64,000 nucleotides of DNA, from the NCBI GenBank assembly GCA_001949185.1, contig BDGG01000006.1, positions 1,718,827-1,782,826 on the forward strand, written 5' to 3'. Positions 39,390-54,376 of the stretch are shown here, in pieces (within the stretch, counting starts at the first letter, position 1; every line of letters starts with the position of its first letter). A program made the translations under genes and the position numbers. The stretch is from Ramazzottius varieornatus. Lineage: Eukaryota > Animalia > Tardigrada. Below the pieces are notes generated by a model. That model worked only from the letters and a program-made list of their open reading frames with translations. It did no database searches and had not been told where the DNA came from.

Positions 39390-42300
39390 TTAACCAAAAG
39401 GGTTGTCCCATTCTTGCTTCTTCGGTACCAGCTTCATAGACTTGGACGCAGGGGCTTTCGCACCTGCTGGAGTGGGCTTCATCACAGAACTCGGCTTTTG
39501 CTTTTCCGCCTTAGTATCCCAGCTATCCCACGAATCCCAGGAGGCATTCTGGGTGGAAGGTGTAGCAGGCTTCTTCGTCACTGCGGAGCTCACGCTTGTC
39601 GAACTAACCGATGTAGAGGACAAGGGGGACTGGGAGGGAGACATTGCCGGCTTCGACTGCGCTGGTTTTGAGTACGCATTTTGCGTCGATGGCTGAAATA
39701 TAAACTCGTGAATACAACACATGTCATGTATTGCTGTAAGACAGACCTACCTTTGAGCTCAAGGTGGAACTTGAGGAGGAAGAAAATATATCGTCGGAAC
39801 CTAGGTCGCTAAACGGATAAGCATTGTTGGGTCGTACTGTGGCGCCAGCCACAGGCGGAGGCTTTATCACTGGGATAGACGAGTTTTTCTTCCCAGCGGA
39901 AGAGTCCTGCACATCGACAAAAAATGCAGTGAAACACTTAAGTTTATCACGCAGAAACAATGTGAGAAAAACGAAAGTTACTTACGATAGGGGAACTCCA
40001 GTCGGCGTCATCCCATCCATCCGAAGCGGCTGCTGCGCCATTTGAGGCTGCACTCGACTTGCCAGTCGTTTCCTGTGACACGAGAGTAAGAGCATTCAGA
40101 ACCAGATTATCTTGATAACGCAAATAACATCAAAGAATGGATACCTCGAGCGAAGCAGCCCAGTCTTCCAAGCCGCCATCATCCCAGCCAGCTTCCGCTG
40201 CTGGTTTGGTGGAAGGCGGAAGAGGCGAGCTGGAGGTCGAACGCGAAGGCGTCATATCTTCGGAAGCTCCGTTGACTGGGAAACCAGAAAGCATACTTTG
40301 GTGCCGACACAAGAAACAAAAATAGAACGTGGCAAATGAACTGAACCAGATCGTCATGCCAAGCGGCGCACGTTTCCAGTGTCATTGTAGAGTGCGCCAC
40401 TTGAAAGAACAGGCCCTGATGAGTTCTTAAGTGGCGTACGTTTTTGTGTTATTGGTCGAAAGCGTGCGCCACTCAAGACAGCAAACTTCTGAGTTTTGTT
40501 TCCCAAACACCCAATCGATAAAGAAATATTATACCTGTGGGTTTCGAGGTGGGGGCACCTGTTTCCGACCCAGCTTCGCCTTTGCCTTTAGTGGACACCT
40601 GCTGGAACTTCGCCGTAATGGAGCTGACAGCCCAACCGGCCCAGTTGGCTGCTGTGTTGATAATGTTGACTCCTCCCGCATTGACTTTCGATTCTAACGT
40701 TTAACGGGAAAATATTCTACTTGATACACGTATTCATAAGAAAAATTATTAGAGGTGAGAAATGAACCTACCGAGTTCGTCTTTGAGACCAGGGTTCTCC
40801 GACACCTTCTCCAGTCTTTCCACGAATAGTTTAGTGGACTTGAAAACTTGATCGCGGACTTCCTTCTCGGGGTCGGTTAGTGCAGCACACAGCGAAGGTA
40901 GTACGCGAGCAGCGATGTCGGCCATGCTGAAATAATCCACTGTGACAGCGAAGCCTACCGCACCCGATATTCGACATGGAGCGAAGGGGTCCCTTAATGC
41001 ACGGGAGAAGGCGGAAACGAGGACTTTCAGCCTGACGTCAGGACTTAAACAAGGAGCGATCTTGCCTATACAAACCGTTGTATTCGTCCTTATCGAACCC
41101 TACAAGTGAAAAATACGTTGCTGGTAGAGCCTAGTCAACTTCTTTTGCATGCGTTCCGTGTACGGACGTATTGTAATAGTTCAACCGCAGACTTTCGAAC
41201 CAGAAACGAGCAACTTCCGGTTCACAGCACGGTCTCGACTACACCAAGCCTAGTCACATCAAGGCCGTGCCGCTGGTCGGAAGTGGTTGGTTCCTCGTAA
41301 TATACTCCCCTTACGGTCTCACCTGCTCGTCTTTGGCCTGGAGTCTGGCAAAGTGTTTCATGACTTCCTCGTTAATGTTTTTGGAACTGAGCTTCGGAGC
41401 GAGAAGGACAATCGACTGGAAGAACAGAAGGATTACGAGGGATCGGCTGACTAATATCGATAATGAACAAACAGCGACATTACAGTCTGCTGTTCGAACC
41501 TTCCTTACCTTCACGGTTTCTTCTCGGATAGCTGGGTTCGTGTCCAGAAAGCCATTGGCAACGTGGGTGAAAATCTGGTTGTTGACTATATTCGAGCTTA
41601 GATGGTCGATGTAAAACCTAAGCTGCAGGAAGAAAAACATTAAAAAAATTGACAAGGTTTTTAAGCTTGTAATTATCCGAAATTTCAAGACAACACGGGT
41701 TGCGGAAGCTCTGTCACCTGTTGCAAAAGCTGCATGCGGGTACCGCGGTCGGTTGACGAGAAAAGCTTGATAACAACGGGAATGACCCGTCTTTGATACT
41801 CGTCGTCTTTCAGCCCCTTTCCCAACTGCAAACAAAATTGAAATGATCGTTTCAAAAAATTCTGAAATTGCGACAATCGTCTCTATCCTACTTCGAACCT
41901 ACTTTCAGCAGAACGGGAAGCATTGTGTTGTCACCAGGTCCAAACTCGAACGTCGTTAGGAGCTGTGGCAGCACTTTGTACGTACACATCTCTTCCGGAA
42001 GTAACTCGATCAGCTCGTTCAGTTTCCCGAAGAACCTCGACTTTTCTTCCGCTGATTTCAACTAGGAAACGCCTCCGTAATTATTACCCGTACACGATCC
42101 AGTGGGAAAAAAATTGGGGTTATTACTTTTACCTGGATCTCATCAAGGAAATTCATCGCATCGATAAAATTATTCTGAAAGAAGCCTCTTCCCGCCGAGC
42201 ACGTCTTGATAAAATCGCTCGGACTTGGTCGCGTCTTTGGAGTCAGAGCGATGAGTGACGGGTAGTGCGGCCTTAGTTGTTCCGGTAACTGAAAACAAGA

Positions 42301-43499
42301 CAATCGAATGAGGAATATTTGAAATATTCGACCAGATAGCTTTACCGAGCGGCGCACGCCACCACCTAATAATACTGAAAACGTGCGCCACTTGGGCGAA
42401 TGATCGAATTCGGCAAAATCGCTTTCCCAAGTGTTGTAAGCTCCCAGATTATATCACTGAAAGAGAAAAATACACACAACCTACGTTGTTAATCTGTTTC
42501 AATGCGTCTTTGCTCGGCACTGTCCCGTTGTACACTTCATATGCCAAGACGCCATAGCCCCACATATCCGTTGACCACTTATGGCCGCTCTTCCTTCCAC
42601 CACCTCCCGTAGTGTACTCTGGAGGTTCGAGATAGCCTTTAAGGCTGCGGAGCGAAGGCGCCGAGTCAGAATCCGCAGGCGTCACGTAGTCCAGTCCTCC
42701 CAACTTCCATTCACCGGCCTTGCTGACGAAGACCGAGTTGACAGAAACATTGTGGTGAGCCAGACTGGCTGTCTCGTTAAGGAAACTTAGGGCCTTCTAA
42801 AACCATACGAACGAACCAAGTGAACAGGAATACAGAATTTTGAGGAACTATTTTAGTCTGGTGAGAGTCGATCCCTTACAGCGATGTGAAGTAATCCCCA
42901 AGCTAGCAAATTATCGTTCTTCTTCGTGCATTTCTGGACGTATTCCATGACAGGAACTGCAGATTCAGTGACCATATACACCAGTTTATCCGTCTGTAGA
43001 ACACAGAGTAGCTCAAAATATGATTAAGTAGGAACGTTCTGCGTGAGAACTGACAGTGCGTCACTTTGAATGATAGTCCAAATAACAATCAATGAATCAA
43101 GCTTACGAACTTCTAAACCATCGACATATGTGAGGATATTTGGATGGCGCATCGTTTTCAGTCGTTTCATGGACGCTTTCGCTGCGTTCAACTGTAAAGA
43201 AAAAAAGTCATTGTTTCTAGAGGAGCGAAACGCGATCAAAAGAAGAGTCTTGCCCATGAGTCGCCTTGCTTCTGAGTGTCGTAGACGAATACAGAAAATT
43301 CTTCGGTCGTTCCCTACAACAAAACTCAATGAAAAAAATCGGACAGCTGTGAAAAAAATACAAAAAATTCCACCTTCTTGACAGCTTTGTGCAGTATCCA
43401 GAAGGAACAACCAACATAAGAATGGACTTGCTCTTGAAGCTCATATCCGAAATCTTTGGTTGGATCTCTCGAGAATATCGAGGAAAACATCGACGACAT
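39390..43499 (-). CDS. SCYL1: SCY1-like pseudokinase 1 (N-terminal kinase-like), multi-exon
   Basis: [45 protein letters not shown]-repeat region ([50 protein letters not shown]), low-complexity C-terminus with WD motifs. Confidence 0.93.
40360..40475. repeat. Palindrome family A, 2 units (SCYL1 intron)
   Basis: Spacers of 22 and 26 nt. Confidence 0.8.
42346..42394. repeat. Palindrome family A, 1 unit plus a truncated arm (SCYL1 intron)
   Basis: CGAGCGGCGCA-N27-TGCGCCACTTG; a partial left arm ATCGCTTTCCCAAGTG follows at about 42418. Confidence 0.85.
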
Positions 43500-43532
43500 T
43501 CTCACGACGTCTTCGGCTTACGCAGCTCCAGA

Positions 43533-43575
43533 GCAGTATCTTCCTCCACGCAGTATCTTCCTCCACGCAGTATCT
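43533..43575. repeat. 17-bp tandem repeat in the SCYL1 5' leader
   Basis: GCAGTATCTTCCTCCAC repeated about 2.5 times. Confidence 0.8.
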
Positions 43576-46500
43576 CCGCTTAGCGCGCTCACGGCCGCTA
43601 TCCACGAGAAAACAGGAGAACGAACAGGAGACGAACAGGAGCACTTCCAGAAGGGAGAGGTCTGAAGATAGGGCAGAATGAGAAAATCTGGAAGTCTGGA
43701 ACAAAAAATTTGAATTTTTAGACAAGCAACAAATCAAAAATCAAATGGGTAACGTGTTGAGTTTCCACTCCACCTTGGTTTGTGGAAGTGGAACTATACG
43801 CGTATGACCAATTCCACTTTGGGTTGACTGGAACGAGGTCGCTGCGAGAGGGCGCCATCGGTAGTGGTCAAGTTGGGTCCTCACGGTCTTTCTCGTCCCA
43901 GTCGTGTAGTGCCGACTTGTACTGTGACTTTGTAAGCTGGGTATGGGCCGTACTGAGGGTGGTATATATTAATTCAGCACGAGATGGATATTAGTCTGTG
44001 ATTCATGTCAATCCACCGAAGTTGCACCATGCTACTGTGCGATGTTGCATTTTCGTGGTCAAGTATCAAACTTCTCGAGGCTACGAGGTAAACGACATAA
44101 TTCAGGCATATCGATTTTCGCACCATAATTCGAGCAACGCGAAAGGTTTGAACATTACCTTCAACGCTTGATTCATCCCTCATCGTACGTGTGTTGATAC
44201 AACATTAGACTTTTTAACATTGGACAGATCCATCTCTATCCCAGGCCAAAGTCCCGTAATCTACAACGCTTTCTCGTTCTCAAACCTATTGAAACCTTGA
44301 GGAGAGGGGTTAGTCTACCTCAGGAAACAAGAACCGGTCCATTACGCGCATCAGGAGCTGAGAAAAAATATGCCCAAATTATGCCGTTTACCTCGTACTC
44401 TTTTATCGTTATAACTACCACTGTGTGAAGGAGGTGATGATGGTGTCGATTCACGCTGACAACAATGGTGATTCTGTGTATTATTCCACGATAAATCTAT
44501 TCGTTAGAATGAATTATAACACTGTTTTTCCCAGCGTCTTGATCAAAGGTGGACTCTTCGTCAAAATGTGCCGGCGGGTCATTTCGTGGTGGCGGGTCAT
44601 ACAAACTGCGTGGCGTGAGGCCACAACTACACGATATTCAGGTCGTCTAACTTTAGCTTTTCCACATCGGACGTCGTTTCTTTGTCGACATATTATCTTT
44701 GATATGGTTCAATAAATGGCGTTCATTCAGGTTATCTTGCTCGTCAAAGTAGTAGTAGGTGAATATTTGCTGCTGTGTTAATCCCGATTTCAAAAGCGTC
44801 ACAAAATTCAACCGCGTCGTGCACGCGTGCGTTGAACGGAAAACGTCAACAAGAAACCTTCAGTACTATACGAACTTCGCTGTGCAATTTGTTAGGTCTT
44901 TAGTTTCCGACCACGTGAGAACGTTAATTGGGTTCACCGTAATCCATTCATGTAACTAATCGCAGACAGAATTCAACATACTGCACGCAACGTGATCAAT
45001 TAACCAAACTTGAAAGTTTCACTAAACTCAGAAAGAAATTTGATCTTTAAAGTAAGTTTTGTGTCACGACACTCTTTTCTTATCGCTTTATCGCCGTCAG
45101 TAAACATACCAGTTTTTTCTAAATTTAACTACGTTACGCACTGTTAATCAGCCTCGTTGATGATTACCCACTGCAGTCTCGTCTGTCGTCGGCGTAACTT
45201 GCCCCATTTCGTGTTACACAAAATTGGCCGCGATTTCCAGATCACGAAAGAACACGCATACATGTCCAGACTTCAACATAAAACGATGCTGTTTTTTTCG
45301 CCGGTAGTCTTAGTGCATGTATTCTTACACCAGTAAGCCGACATTGTAATTTGCGGTTTGTGCTACCACGAAGGAAAACATCATCATTAGAAGCGTAATC
45401 TGCGCTACCAAGCGACATGGTTCAGTGAGAAAAATCTCTGCTTTCGAGCAAGATCAAAACAGAGCGTGAAATATGATTATATTGCGGTGAGATTTCGGCG
45501 TGGTTTCACTTCGCGAATTGCGTCATTGATTGTCGGCTTATACTACCATGCGGATATAAGCGGTGTACCGTGGCCATCGACCATTCAATCTGGGTTTATT
45601 TCACCCCATGAAAACAGAAGCCAAAAAAAGACTTAGTTTTATCGTTATTTTATTCGCAAGACGGTAGTAAATTATGCCGCTAGCTGAAAAGAGCCACACC
45701 TTAATATTTAACGTTGTCAACGAAACACTTTACTGCTGAACAATCCACCACACCCAAATTTTCTTAATCCAGTTGAGTGCTAATTTTTCGGTCAACAGTT
45801 TAAGACATTGATATGATAAATCTTAATAAGGTTTCGAGTACTTGAATCTTGGCAAGATATACCACTGACATAACGACTGCCAAGCTCGCCCAACTTGTTC
45901 GTGGGAAATTGTATTTATTCAAGCAAATTGTGTTTCCGGAACCACTCGAGATCAACACTCAGAAAGTGTCACCCGAGTATTTGCTTTGCATAAAAAAGGG
46001 TGGGTAAAATTGTTGGATAAAATCACCTTCACGAGAAGAATTATCAGCACCTGACCTTGTAATCCAATCTGGTGATTCATGATTATGCTTCTATGTGAAC
46101 CGACCACAACAGTTTTCAGGCTGCTTATTTCACTACTGTGCAATATTATTATGAGCCAGCACGCGGCGCGGAAAAGAGCCTACCAAAATCAATTTTTATA
46201 TTCAGAAGAAACTGGTTTTCTGAATTGAGAATGCCTGACAAACCAAAACGAAGGCCCATCACTCTGGTATGGCGTCATATCATATTTCTTCTGTGGGTCA
46301 TAAACTCATAACTCATAAAAGTTATGCGATCCTACAGCAATAACTATAAGGCGGCAACAGGCCTATTATCACAGTGGCCGGTGCCGAGCGTGGTTGGCTG
46401 AAGTGCTAATGATGGACAAAAGGTGGTAATGATGGTTGGCTTGACCAGTCGGGTGATGGCGAATTGGAGTATAAGTGGACGCCCACTCACTTTGGTCCGC

Positions 46501-49500
46501 CTCCTCTCAGTTGATATGGCTGCGCCAGTGCGACAAACTGGTAAAATTTCTTGCGAATGGCATCATGCATGAATTTTCTTGTTGCCGTACCTCCTCTCTT
46601 GGGCATCTTAAAATTCATAGCAGTAGCTGTTCTCATCAGCAATTTGTTCGCGCTTCGTTCGAGTCTCGAGAGTTCTCGATAAGCGTCAACCAAGTGGTGT
46701 AGTTCGACCTGCACCACTCTGGAATTTGCCAAACGATAGCATCAGCTGCTCAACGATCGTCCGACTCAAGGCTTGTTATCATTTTTTTCTGGCTCCCCAC
46801 TTTCGCCGTCCGTTACCTCTGGACCTACATTTTCGCACAGGAAGACTGGACTATTTTCCCGGCCAGAAGGAAGACTAAATTTGGGTCTGTCTAAGACGTA
46901 CAAATTCGTAAGTTTTGATCGTATTTTAAAATTATTTCGCGGTTGTTTGATTGATAGGGTGTAGTCTGTCAGTTTGTGGGTTGATTGTTGATTCAGTGGG
47001 TAGGTTTATCATTACAGTATTTTGTTTCTATGTTCTCGCGTTTTCTTCCAGAAGAAGTTTGCGCTTTACGGAGCTTCTGTTGTAGTCTCGACGTGTTATG
47101 GGCATCTTTTGCAGTGTGTGGTTCCTTTCAGTAGTTTGGCTAAAATGCTTAAGAGAACTTCTGGTTTTGGAGACTTCCCAAGCTACTTGACTGGGCTGAC
47201 AGTTGGCTTTGCTTGCGGTTCTTTCTTCTACCCCATCGTGATTGACGCCGTTCTATCACAAACCAGCTGGTGATGGCGTTAATGAGCTTTTAATGGACGG
47301 AGAGAATAACCAGGATCGTCAGGTTTCGCTGGCTGCATAACAAATCATCGCTAAGGCAAAAAGTTTAAAACAGCCCGTGGTGACAATAATAATTGTACTT
47401 GGCACGATCAGTAACCGCTTCCTGAAACATACCATCAACCTCCTTTATTATTGCCTCTCCACTTTTTTCTTCCTGATCGACTACCCGTTAGATGTTACTC
47501 TCCTCGCAGAACAATAATCGCGTAGCAGTTAATAGTGTCCGAAGCGGATAAACCCGCAGAATGGGAAATGCGTTTTGAATTCGTCAACAGGCTGTTAACA
47601 TGTCGGGCCGTTGGGGCCCAGAGTGGCACGATCAAATGTAAGATATGGCCTGCCATTATGTCTCGAGATGTCCCAGATGTCGGACGGTTGAGTTACACAG
47701 GCTTGTTTGAATGGCTTGTGGTGTCACCCTATGACGTGCGATGAGCTTAACGTCGTGTGTGGTATGTTTTGATGTTTGTGGAGGAGCCTTCAAGGAGGAA
47801 ATGGTTTTTATGACTTCCTTTTCAGTTCAGTATCAAGTTGCACTGGGCTTTGCCTATTCATCAGCGTATGCAGCGTTGAATATCGGTCAACATCTCTTCC
47901 GCCACTATTGTCCGGCTCAGCTTTCAGGAGCAGAGTCAACAATGACTGTAATACCTGATTACGTCGTTCTTTGCTTTCGATCTCTTCCCGGTGTATTTTT
48001 AGGTGAGGCTCGTTGAGACCAACTGAGTCAAGTCGTCAGATTATTAGCATTCGTACACTTGGAACTCAAGTGGGAATTACGCTTGATTTCGCTTTCGGAA
48101 TGGCTGTTTTTGGACTTGGCAAGATTACGTCGTTTCAAGTGCGTTTTCATGGGACTTTTCGCCGCGCTTGACTGCATTTCAGTGCAATTGCAAAACCTCT
48201 GCCTCAAAGCAGAACTAGACTCAATTCAGCCATGAAACAATGATCAGCAAAAATGCAGAAAGATTCGTTCTAGATCAAAGTACGTAAGTGGAGAGCGAAA
48301 GAAGGATAAAAATTCATACAATCGACAAATCAAACGCACGCTGGGCAAGTGAAGTTCTTTGATATTTCGAGTTTGGAATGTGCCGACCTTTGTTTTAAAG
48401 TTTTTGCTCTGGTATTCCAACGTGTTGTTAGCGTTTTTAGTCTAGCTTATCTCGAGTGATACAAAGTCATAAAAAGAGGCATGCAGCGATGGATGAGCGA
48501 GCGGATGTGGAATGTGGTGGTCGTAATGGGCCGTTGGTCGTCTAACTTTAGAGCAGACTGTCAAAATGGCCGCATGCGGCAGACGGCGAGTTAACCTTTG
48601 GGCCTCTGGCTGATCTGCCTATCATTATTGCCGGACAAACAAACAGATGCCTTCATCAAAACATATTCCATCTTCAACCAGCGGAACGCCGGATGTACTG
48701 TATCATCTCGAGACAGGCCCAATGACCACAAGAGCTTGGCAAATTGCTACTCTTGAACGAAAGCGAGGCGACACAACTTTCACAACGGCGCCCTGACGGC
48801 AATTCTTTCAGCTTCCTTTTGATGCAAGAAAAAGACGGAACCATTGTGTATCGAACTGCAACAGCGGATCTGCAAAACGCAAAAAGGGCGATCTCCGGTG
48901 GGTCGAACAGAGGCGGCTAGATCCGCGTCGGTAGTTTGTCAACAGTGACTCAGCGCTAATGGCAAATTTGTAAGCTTTTTTGCGAGAACATTCCCGCAAA
49001 CAAACAATAATTTTGACTGACAGCTTTCGTCCCATCTTTCGTCAGCTTACCACATGGATATCGTAATGGAGAAAGGCTACAGATTCGTGGTGTCGTATGG
49101 AGAAGCCTCGTGTTCTCAAAATAGAACAGGGTGGATTTCTGACAGAACAGAAACGCTGGAGGAAAAAGGCGCATGTCGCTTTTTGTCAGCTAAATTTACA
49201 CCAGATGCTGGATCATCTGGTCGGTTACTGCTCACAGCAGCTACTAGGCGCGTGTTTCTTCTTGGTTTTTTCTGTAGGCAGAAGATAGCATCGAGACAGA
49301 AGGCGGCACTAGAAGATGAACGACGCGTCGTAGAGATCAAAGATCTGCTGACGCTCCAACACTGCTCAAATTAAACACGGAAAACAAGTCCTCTCTTTTT
49401 AGCTTACGCCATCTTAGACCGCTCATTACATTCATTGGCAGTTTGAAGAAGCTTACCGCAAGACGTGTCGTTTTTGAGATTAGTACACAAGCTGTATTTA

Positions 49501-51036
49501 CGTAACAGCGAAACCGCAAAAGTCAACGTTTCAGCTTCAGTTTTAGTGCTGTAATTTCCAGTTCACTCGATCGCTAATTTTCTCTGCTCGTCATCGCGAA
49601 CTTTCGTTGTGCACGCCCAGTGGAACAATGGAGTGACAATGATACGAGGAAGATCGGTTATCGGAAGGGGTTTGTAATCAGCAAAGGCATGTCTGATGGC
49701 CATTTGTGAGTTTTGACCCATCTGCGATTACGCTGCTTCGAGAGGAAATCAGATGTGCTCGGGCGACTCGAAGTAATAACTGGCCTGTGGTCACTCGTTC
49801 CGCATTCTGATCACTCATCGATCCTGTATTCTGCCCCCGACTTCCTGGCCGCACTTGAGCCCCTGCGTCTCTTTTTCCGCTTGGATGTACGCGATAGTAA
49901 CCTCATTTGTAGTTTGATATTTGTGTACGCTTTGGCAGAAAGGAAGTTGAATCTGCATCGCGATTCCCGATCGAAGTCTTTCCGAAAGTCTGGCCTCTTC
50001 CTTTATTTTAATCGTTGTGAGTGCGTGAAATGGTGGCTTGTGTTCTTTGATAAGACGGTGAGCTTCTTTCATCGTCTCGTTCGCAGACGTTTATCTATCC
50101 GAAAGATTATTGCCTCATCTTTGATATCGGCGGTAACTTTTACGACCCTGATAGATTTTGATGATGAGTGTCAGCCTAGTTTCCTGCGGCATCTCCGCAT
50201 GCAGGAAGTCATCAATGACGAGCTCTTGCGTGGATGCTTCTTTCATAGTGTGAATTTATGAAGCGGAGAACCTCATTCTCTCGTTAGGTTCGCAAGTATT
50301 TGATTAGGTTTTATTATGATTACGACTTTGAGTGAAAGTCTACTTATGACTTCATTTTTATCTCTCATCGAACCGTGCTCTGTTTTAATTGTAGGTTACC
50401 GAAGCCGAAATCCGTTCCCCGAGGAAGAATCTCAGCGAACGCGGATAACGCCGCCACCTGAAAGCCAACGGAAACGGAATATACTGTATCAACTGCAAAA
50501 GGTGAGATAGGAGGTGTTTGCTAAACGTGATAACAAGAGATTTGATGTGGAAAGCCGTTGGAGAAGTTCGGAAAGTAGTCATCTGTTGCTGGTGTCACAA
50601 CTCGAACGAGGGAAATACAACGAGCTATCAAGTTATGCTGGTCGTCGGGTGGTCGACTTGTTAGACTTGCTGGCTGCATTTAAAAGTGGTTTTCACAACG
50701 TGTAGCTTGGCTGTTCTTTTGCAGTCAAAGAAGGTATGTGATGTGGTCGGAGCGGATGAGAGAAAGAAAGTTTTGACTTGAGAGTTTACTTTGAAGTGTC
50801 GTGAGAAATGACAGATCACTCTCCACCGACCGAACTTCATCCGCGCCGTATGCGTTAAACTTTCTCCATGTCTCTTCCGCAACAATCCTGCCTTTTGTGA
50901 AAACTTTCTGTCACGTTGACTCGTGAGCTGTAAACACTCCGACCAGAGTTTCGGACCTCCTCACTCGGCACGTCGATCTTAAAAGACTGAAATCAATCGG
51001 GACGTCGGCAGATAATTTCACTCGGATTGTTGTTGT

Positions 51037-51157
51037 CAAGTAGCGCACGCTATCAGCCACTAACACTGGCAGCGTGCGCCACTTGGAAAACTGACAAGAT
51101 CGCTCTCCCAAGTGGCGCACCCTCTCAGTCGGTAACAACAAAACTGTGCGCCACTTG
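51037..51157. repeat. Palindrome family A, 2 units (upstream region or 5'UTR intron of SIPA1L)
   Basis: Both spacers 27 nt; closely resembles the 58308 cluster. Confidence 0.9.
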
Positions 51158-54100
51158 ACGTAACGATCTGGAACTATTGAACAGTCTGAGGCTTTTAGAA
51201 TCTGGCAAAACATCTGGCACGACCCTGTTAGGCTGAGTAGTACCTTTAGCACGGTCTTGACTCATCGAGGTTTGGTTGTCTTCCTCTCGGCTCTCGAGGT
51301 GTGAAACTCTAGCTTCATTAGGCCAAGGTCTTCACGTCAAGTATGACGGCGCTCTCTATGAAGAGCGACGAGGATCGTGTAGCACTACTCAGAGACCATG
51401 CGAAACTTTGATGGAAGAGCCACTAAACGGACATGCGAGCTTTGAGATATGCGTACGTAATGAGCTACAGCGTAGTGCTTTGATCAGCGTTGGAAGAATC
51501 TGGAACTTTATGAAGGAAAAGGTGTCAGCTGCTGCGGTGGTGTTCTTGAAACTCTGATGGAAAATCTATATTGATCTGTTTGACTGCGGATGTTATGTTT
51601 TTTCTTTGATTTGATTGCAGCTGGTCCAGTGCATCTTTGACTTCTTTTGGCCCAGTTTCCAGATGCAATATAGAGCTCTAGATTGAAAAGAATAAATCAC
51701 GGTAATGTCCAAAGCCAAAAGTCACAGCAAACATGGCAAGCAAGACGAGTAATGGATGTGATGCCATGCAGCAACAGCAAAGCAAGGCAAAGATCGCTCT
51801 TTCAATACGACTAATGTCCGTCAAAGCAATAAGCCCACGTTAGTCAATATAAGGCCAAATAACCTCGGTCGCAACAAGGCGACAGCTGTTTCCGCTGACG
51901 GAACTCACAACCGCTGGTCTGTTTGGAGAAAGGTGATCGGAATGCGTAAACATGGTCAGCCGATATACCAACGAAGAGAAGCCGAAGCCAGAATACGGAT
52001 TTGATGAACCAGATGGAAAAATCTGCAATTTTCGGGAGAAACTTTTCATTGATCGATAACCTCAAAGTCATCAGTGGAAAAACAGTTCGGACAGGCGGGA
52101 CACCACATAACTAACTTTCGAACCTGAAAGTTGGGTCCACCCGAAAGTCTGCTGTATCCGTTAATTGAAGGATCGAATGAAACGTTAAGCACACGATAAC
52201 ATTTTGAACTGCTGTTAGATCGAGGATTAGACCGGTATGTGTGCCGATGTTGGGCGAGATTCGGTTACGAATCGATGAATTTTGAGCAGGGACAGGGTCA
52301 GCTTGTCCTGTTGCGGCTGAGCTCGCGAGGAAGTTCGCCAATTTAATCCTGGTAATGACAATAAATCGAATTTGTTGATGAGAGTGAACTTGAGGAAAGC
52401 CAGATGTGGTGGGAGGATGTGTCTCATACTCGTATATACCCACGAGTATACGTATTTCAAAGCAGATGATTCGACGGAGGCTGGAAGTGTTTGTCTCTGT
52501 TTGATCAGTGTTACTCAGTTCACTGGCGCTTTGTGCATGTTTGTGCCGGTTTGTGTCGCTGTTTCAGCATTTGTTCCACCGGTGGCTTTCACGCCTTTTC
52601 CTCCGTTTACATGCTACGCATTCGCATATGTATCAATGCAACCACCTATGTCAATATTACCTTCATCAAAGGAAATGAAATTTGGTCTGCATTATCCTAC
52701 GTTTGGGCTATTGGCTTTGCAGTCCTGTTTTGATTCACTGCTTGGATTTGTTTGATGATTGCCTCATTGGAATGTGGAAGAGGTATGACGCTGGGAGTAT
52801 ATCTGGAACTCAAAAGCTAGGGCGGCATCATACTGGGCTAAGGTACGAGGCGGGCAGAGGATATTTTGGGAAATTCTTGACTGAAACGCAGCGGGGAAGA
52901 CATTATAAGAAGCTGCTGGATGTGAATGACGATAAGTGCATTGGTGAGGCTCTTATAGAGATTGATGAGGGAATCCTTACTGCTGGTGCTGTGAAACGCT
53001 CTTGTGGATCCGCATCCTCTAATCATTTAGACTGTGACTAAGTGGCTGGAAATGAGACGAACAGGCTCCCGCATAAAGGAAGTTGCTTGAGGGGTACTTA
53101 TGTTTTTGATGCATGACATCATCGGTCTCTTTCAAAATATGGAACAACTCGAAATTTCACTTAGGAGATTGTGAGAGTACAGAATTCCAGATCGAGTTTT
53201 GAAATTACGACAAGTTGTACAAGCAGGAAATGATGGGGCTGAAGATGCGAAAAACAGGTTCGAAAATGCACGGCTGAAACGGATTTTAGTTTCGATTTCA
53301 AATGTAGAAGATGGATTTGCACGATATCCGTCTGCCTTTATGTCTCCTGTTGGTCTGGACCCGATCAGGCATCGTAAGACGAATCTTGATTGAAGTTTAA
53401 TGCAGAATGGCGACTTGCAGCTTGCTTTCGGAACCACTTCGATTAGTCACATCGGTCAGGCGTCGGATATGAGTGCTGTACGGTTCCGTAGTGGATAAGG
53501 AGGGTATGGATGCTACAGACGGAGGGAAGAATGCAGGAATGGACATGGGCACTTGTCCGCGACTGTACTGATCCTTGACCCTCGCTGAAGATGGTCCAAG
53601 CGGAGGTTCTGCTGACCTGCTACTCAGTTTTCCGCTTTCTTGAGATGTTGTGAGTGCGCTTGCCATGAGAACACAGTGTCCGGTTTCTCCTGGAAGGTCG
53701 GGAAAGAATTGTCCTAGAAAAATCTCACAGTTCCATGCTGACACGTGTCGAAGGTTGAATTTGGTGTTGTCATTGATATGATGCGTAATTGTAATCACAG
53801 CGCGAATAACATGCAATGGAATAAAATTTTTTTCCTTTTTCCACCCGAATCGTGATCGATTTCAAAGAGGTTTTGTGAATGGTGGAGGTATGATGAATGA
53901 ATACTTGAGATGCCTATTCTCGGGGAATTCCAGCAAATTTGATGGATTGGAAGCGATGAGAAGAAAGGGGGATATAATTGCAGACGGTGATGGAAGAATG
54001 TGTGAGAGCGTTTTGATCGTTGGCCAGTTGTGAAAGACGAGAAGTTGAGAGCAGTGATTTCCATGATTTGTCTGAAACTTATATTGAACGTATTCATTGA

Positions 54101-54376
54101 ACGAAACTCATATCTTTTTATTCGTTGAATCGTTGTCGAATGATAACCCCATGTGTTCTTCTATTTCTCTGCAGAAACTACGAAACATGTCCTCAATCAA
54201 ACTGGAGCAGAGGTTTGAATGAAGGCGCTCAAGAGTTCAAAAGTGGAGTAAAAGCCTTTGAGGAAAAGAATTGTGCAGTGAACCATGCTTGGGGCTGACA
54301 TTCATGGCTGAACCGGGAAGTGGAAGAAAGTGGATAGTAGCCTCGAAGAGCGCAAAGTGGACCAGGAAGAAAAAGA

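Noticed and set aside
46370-46490. tRNA-like start (GGCCGGTGCCGAGCGTGGTT)
   Set aside because: No T-loop GTTCRA and no cloverleaf could be built.
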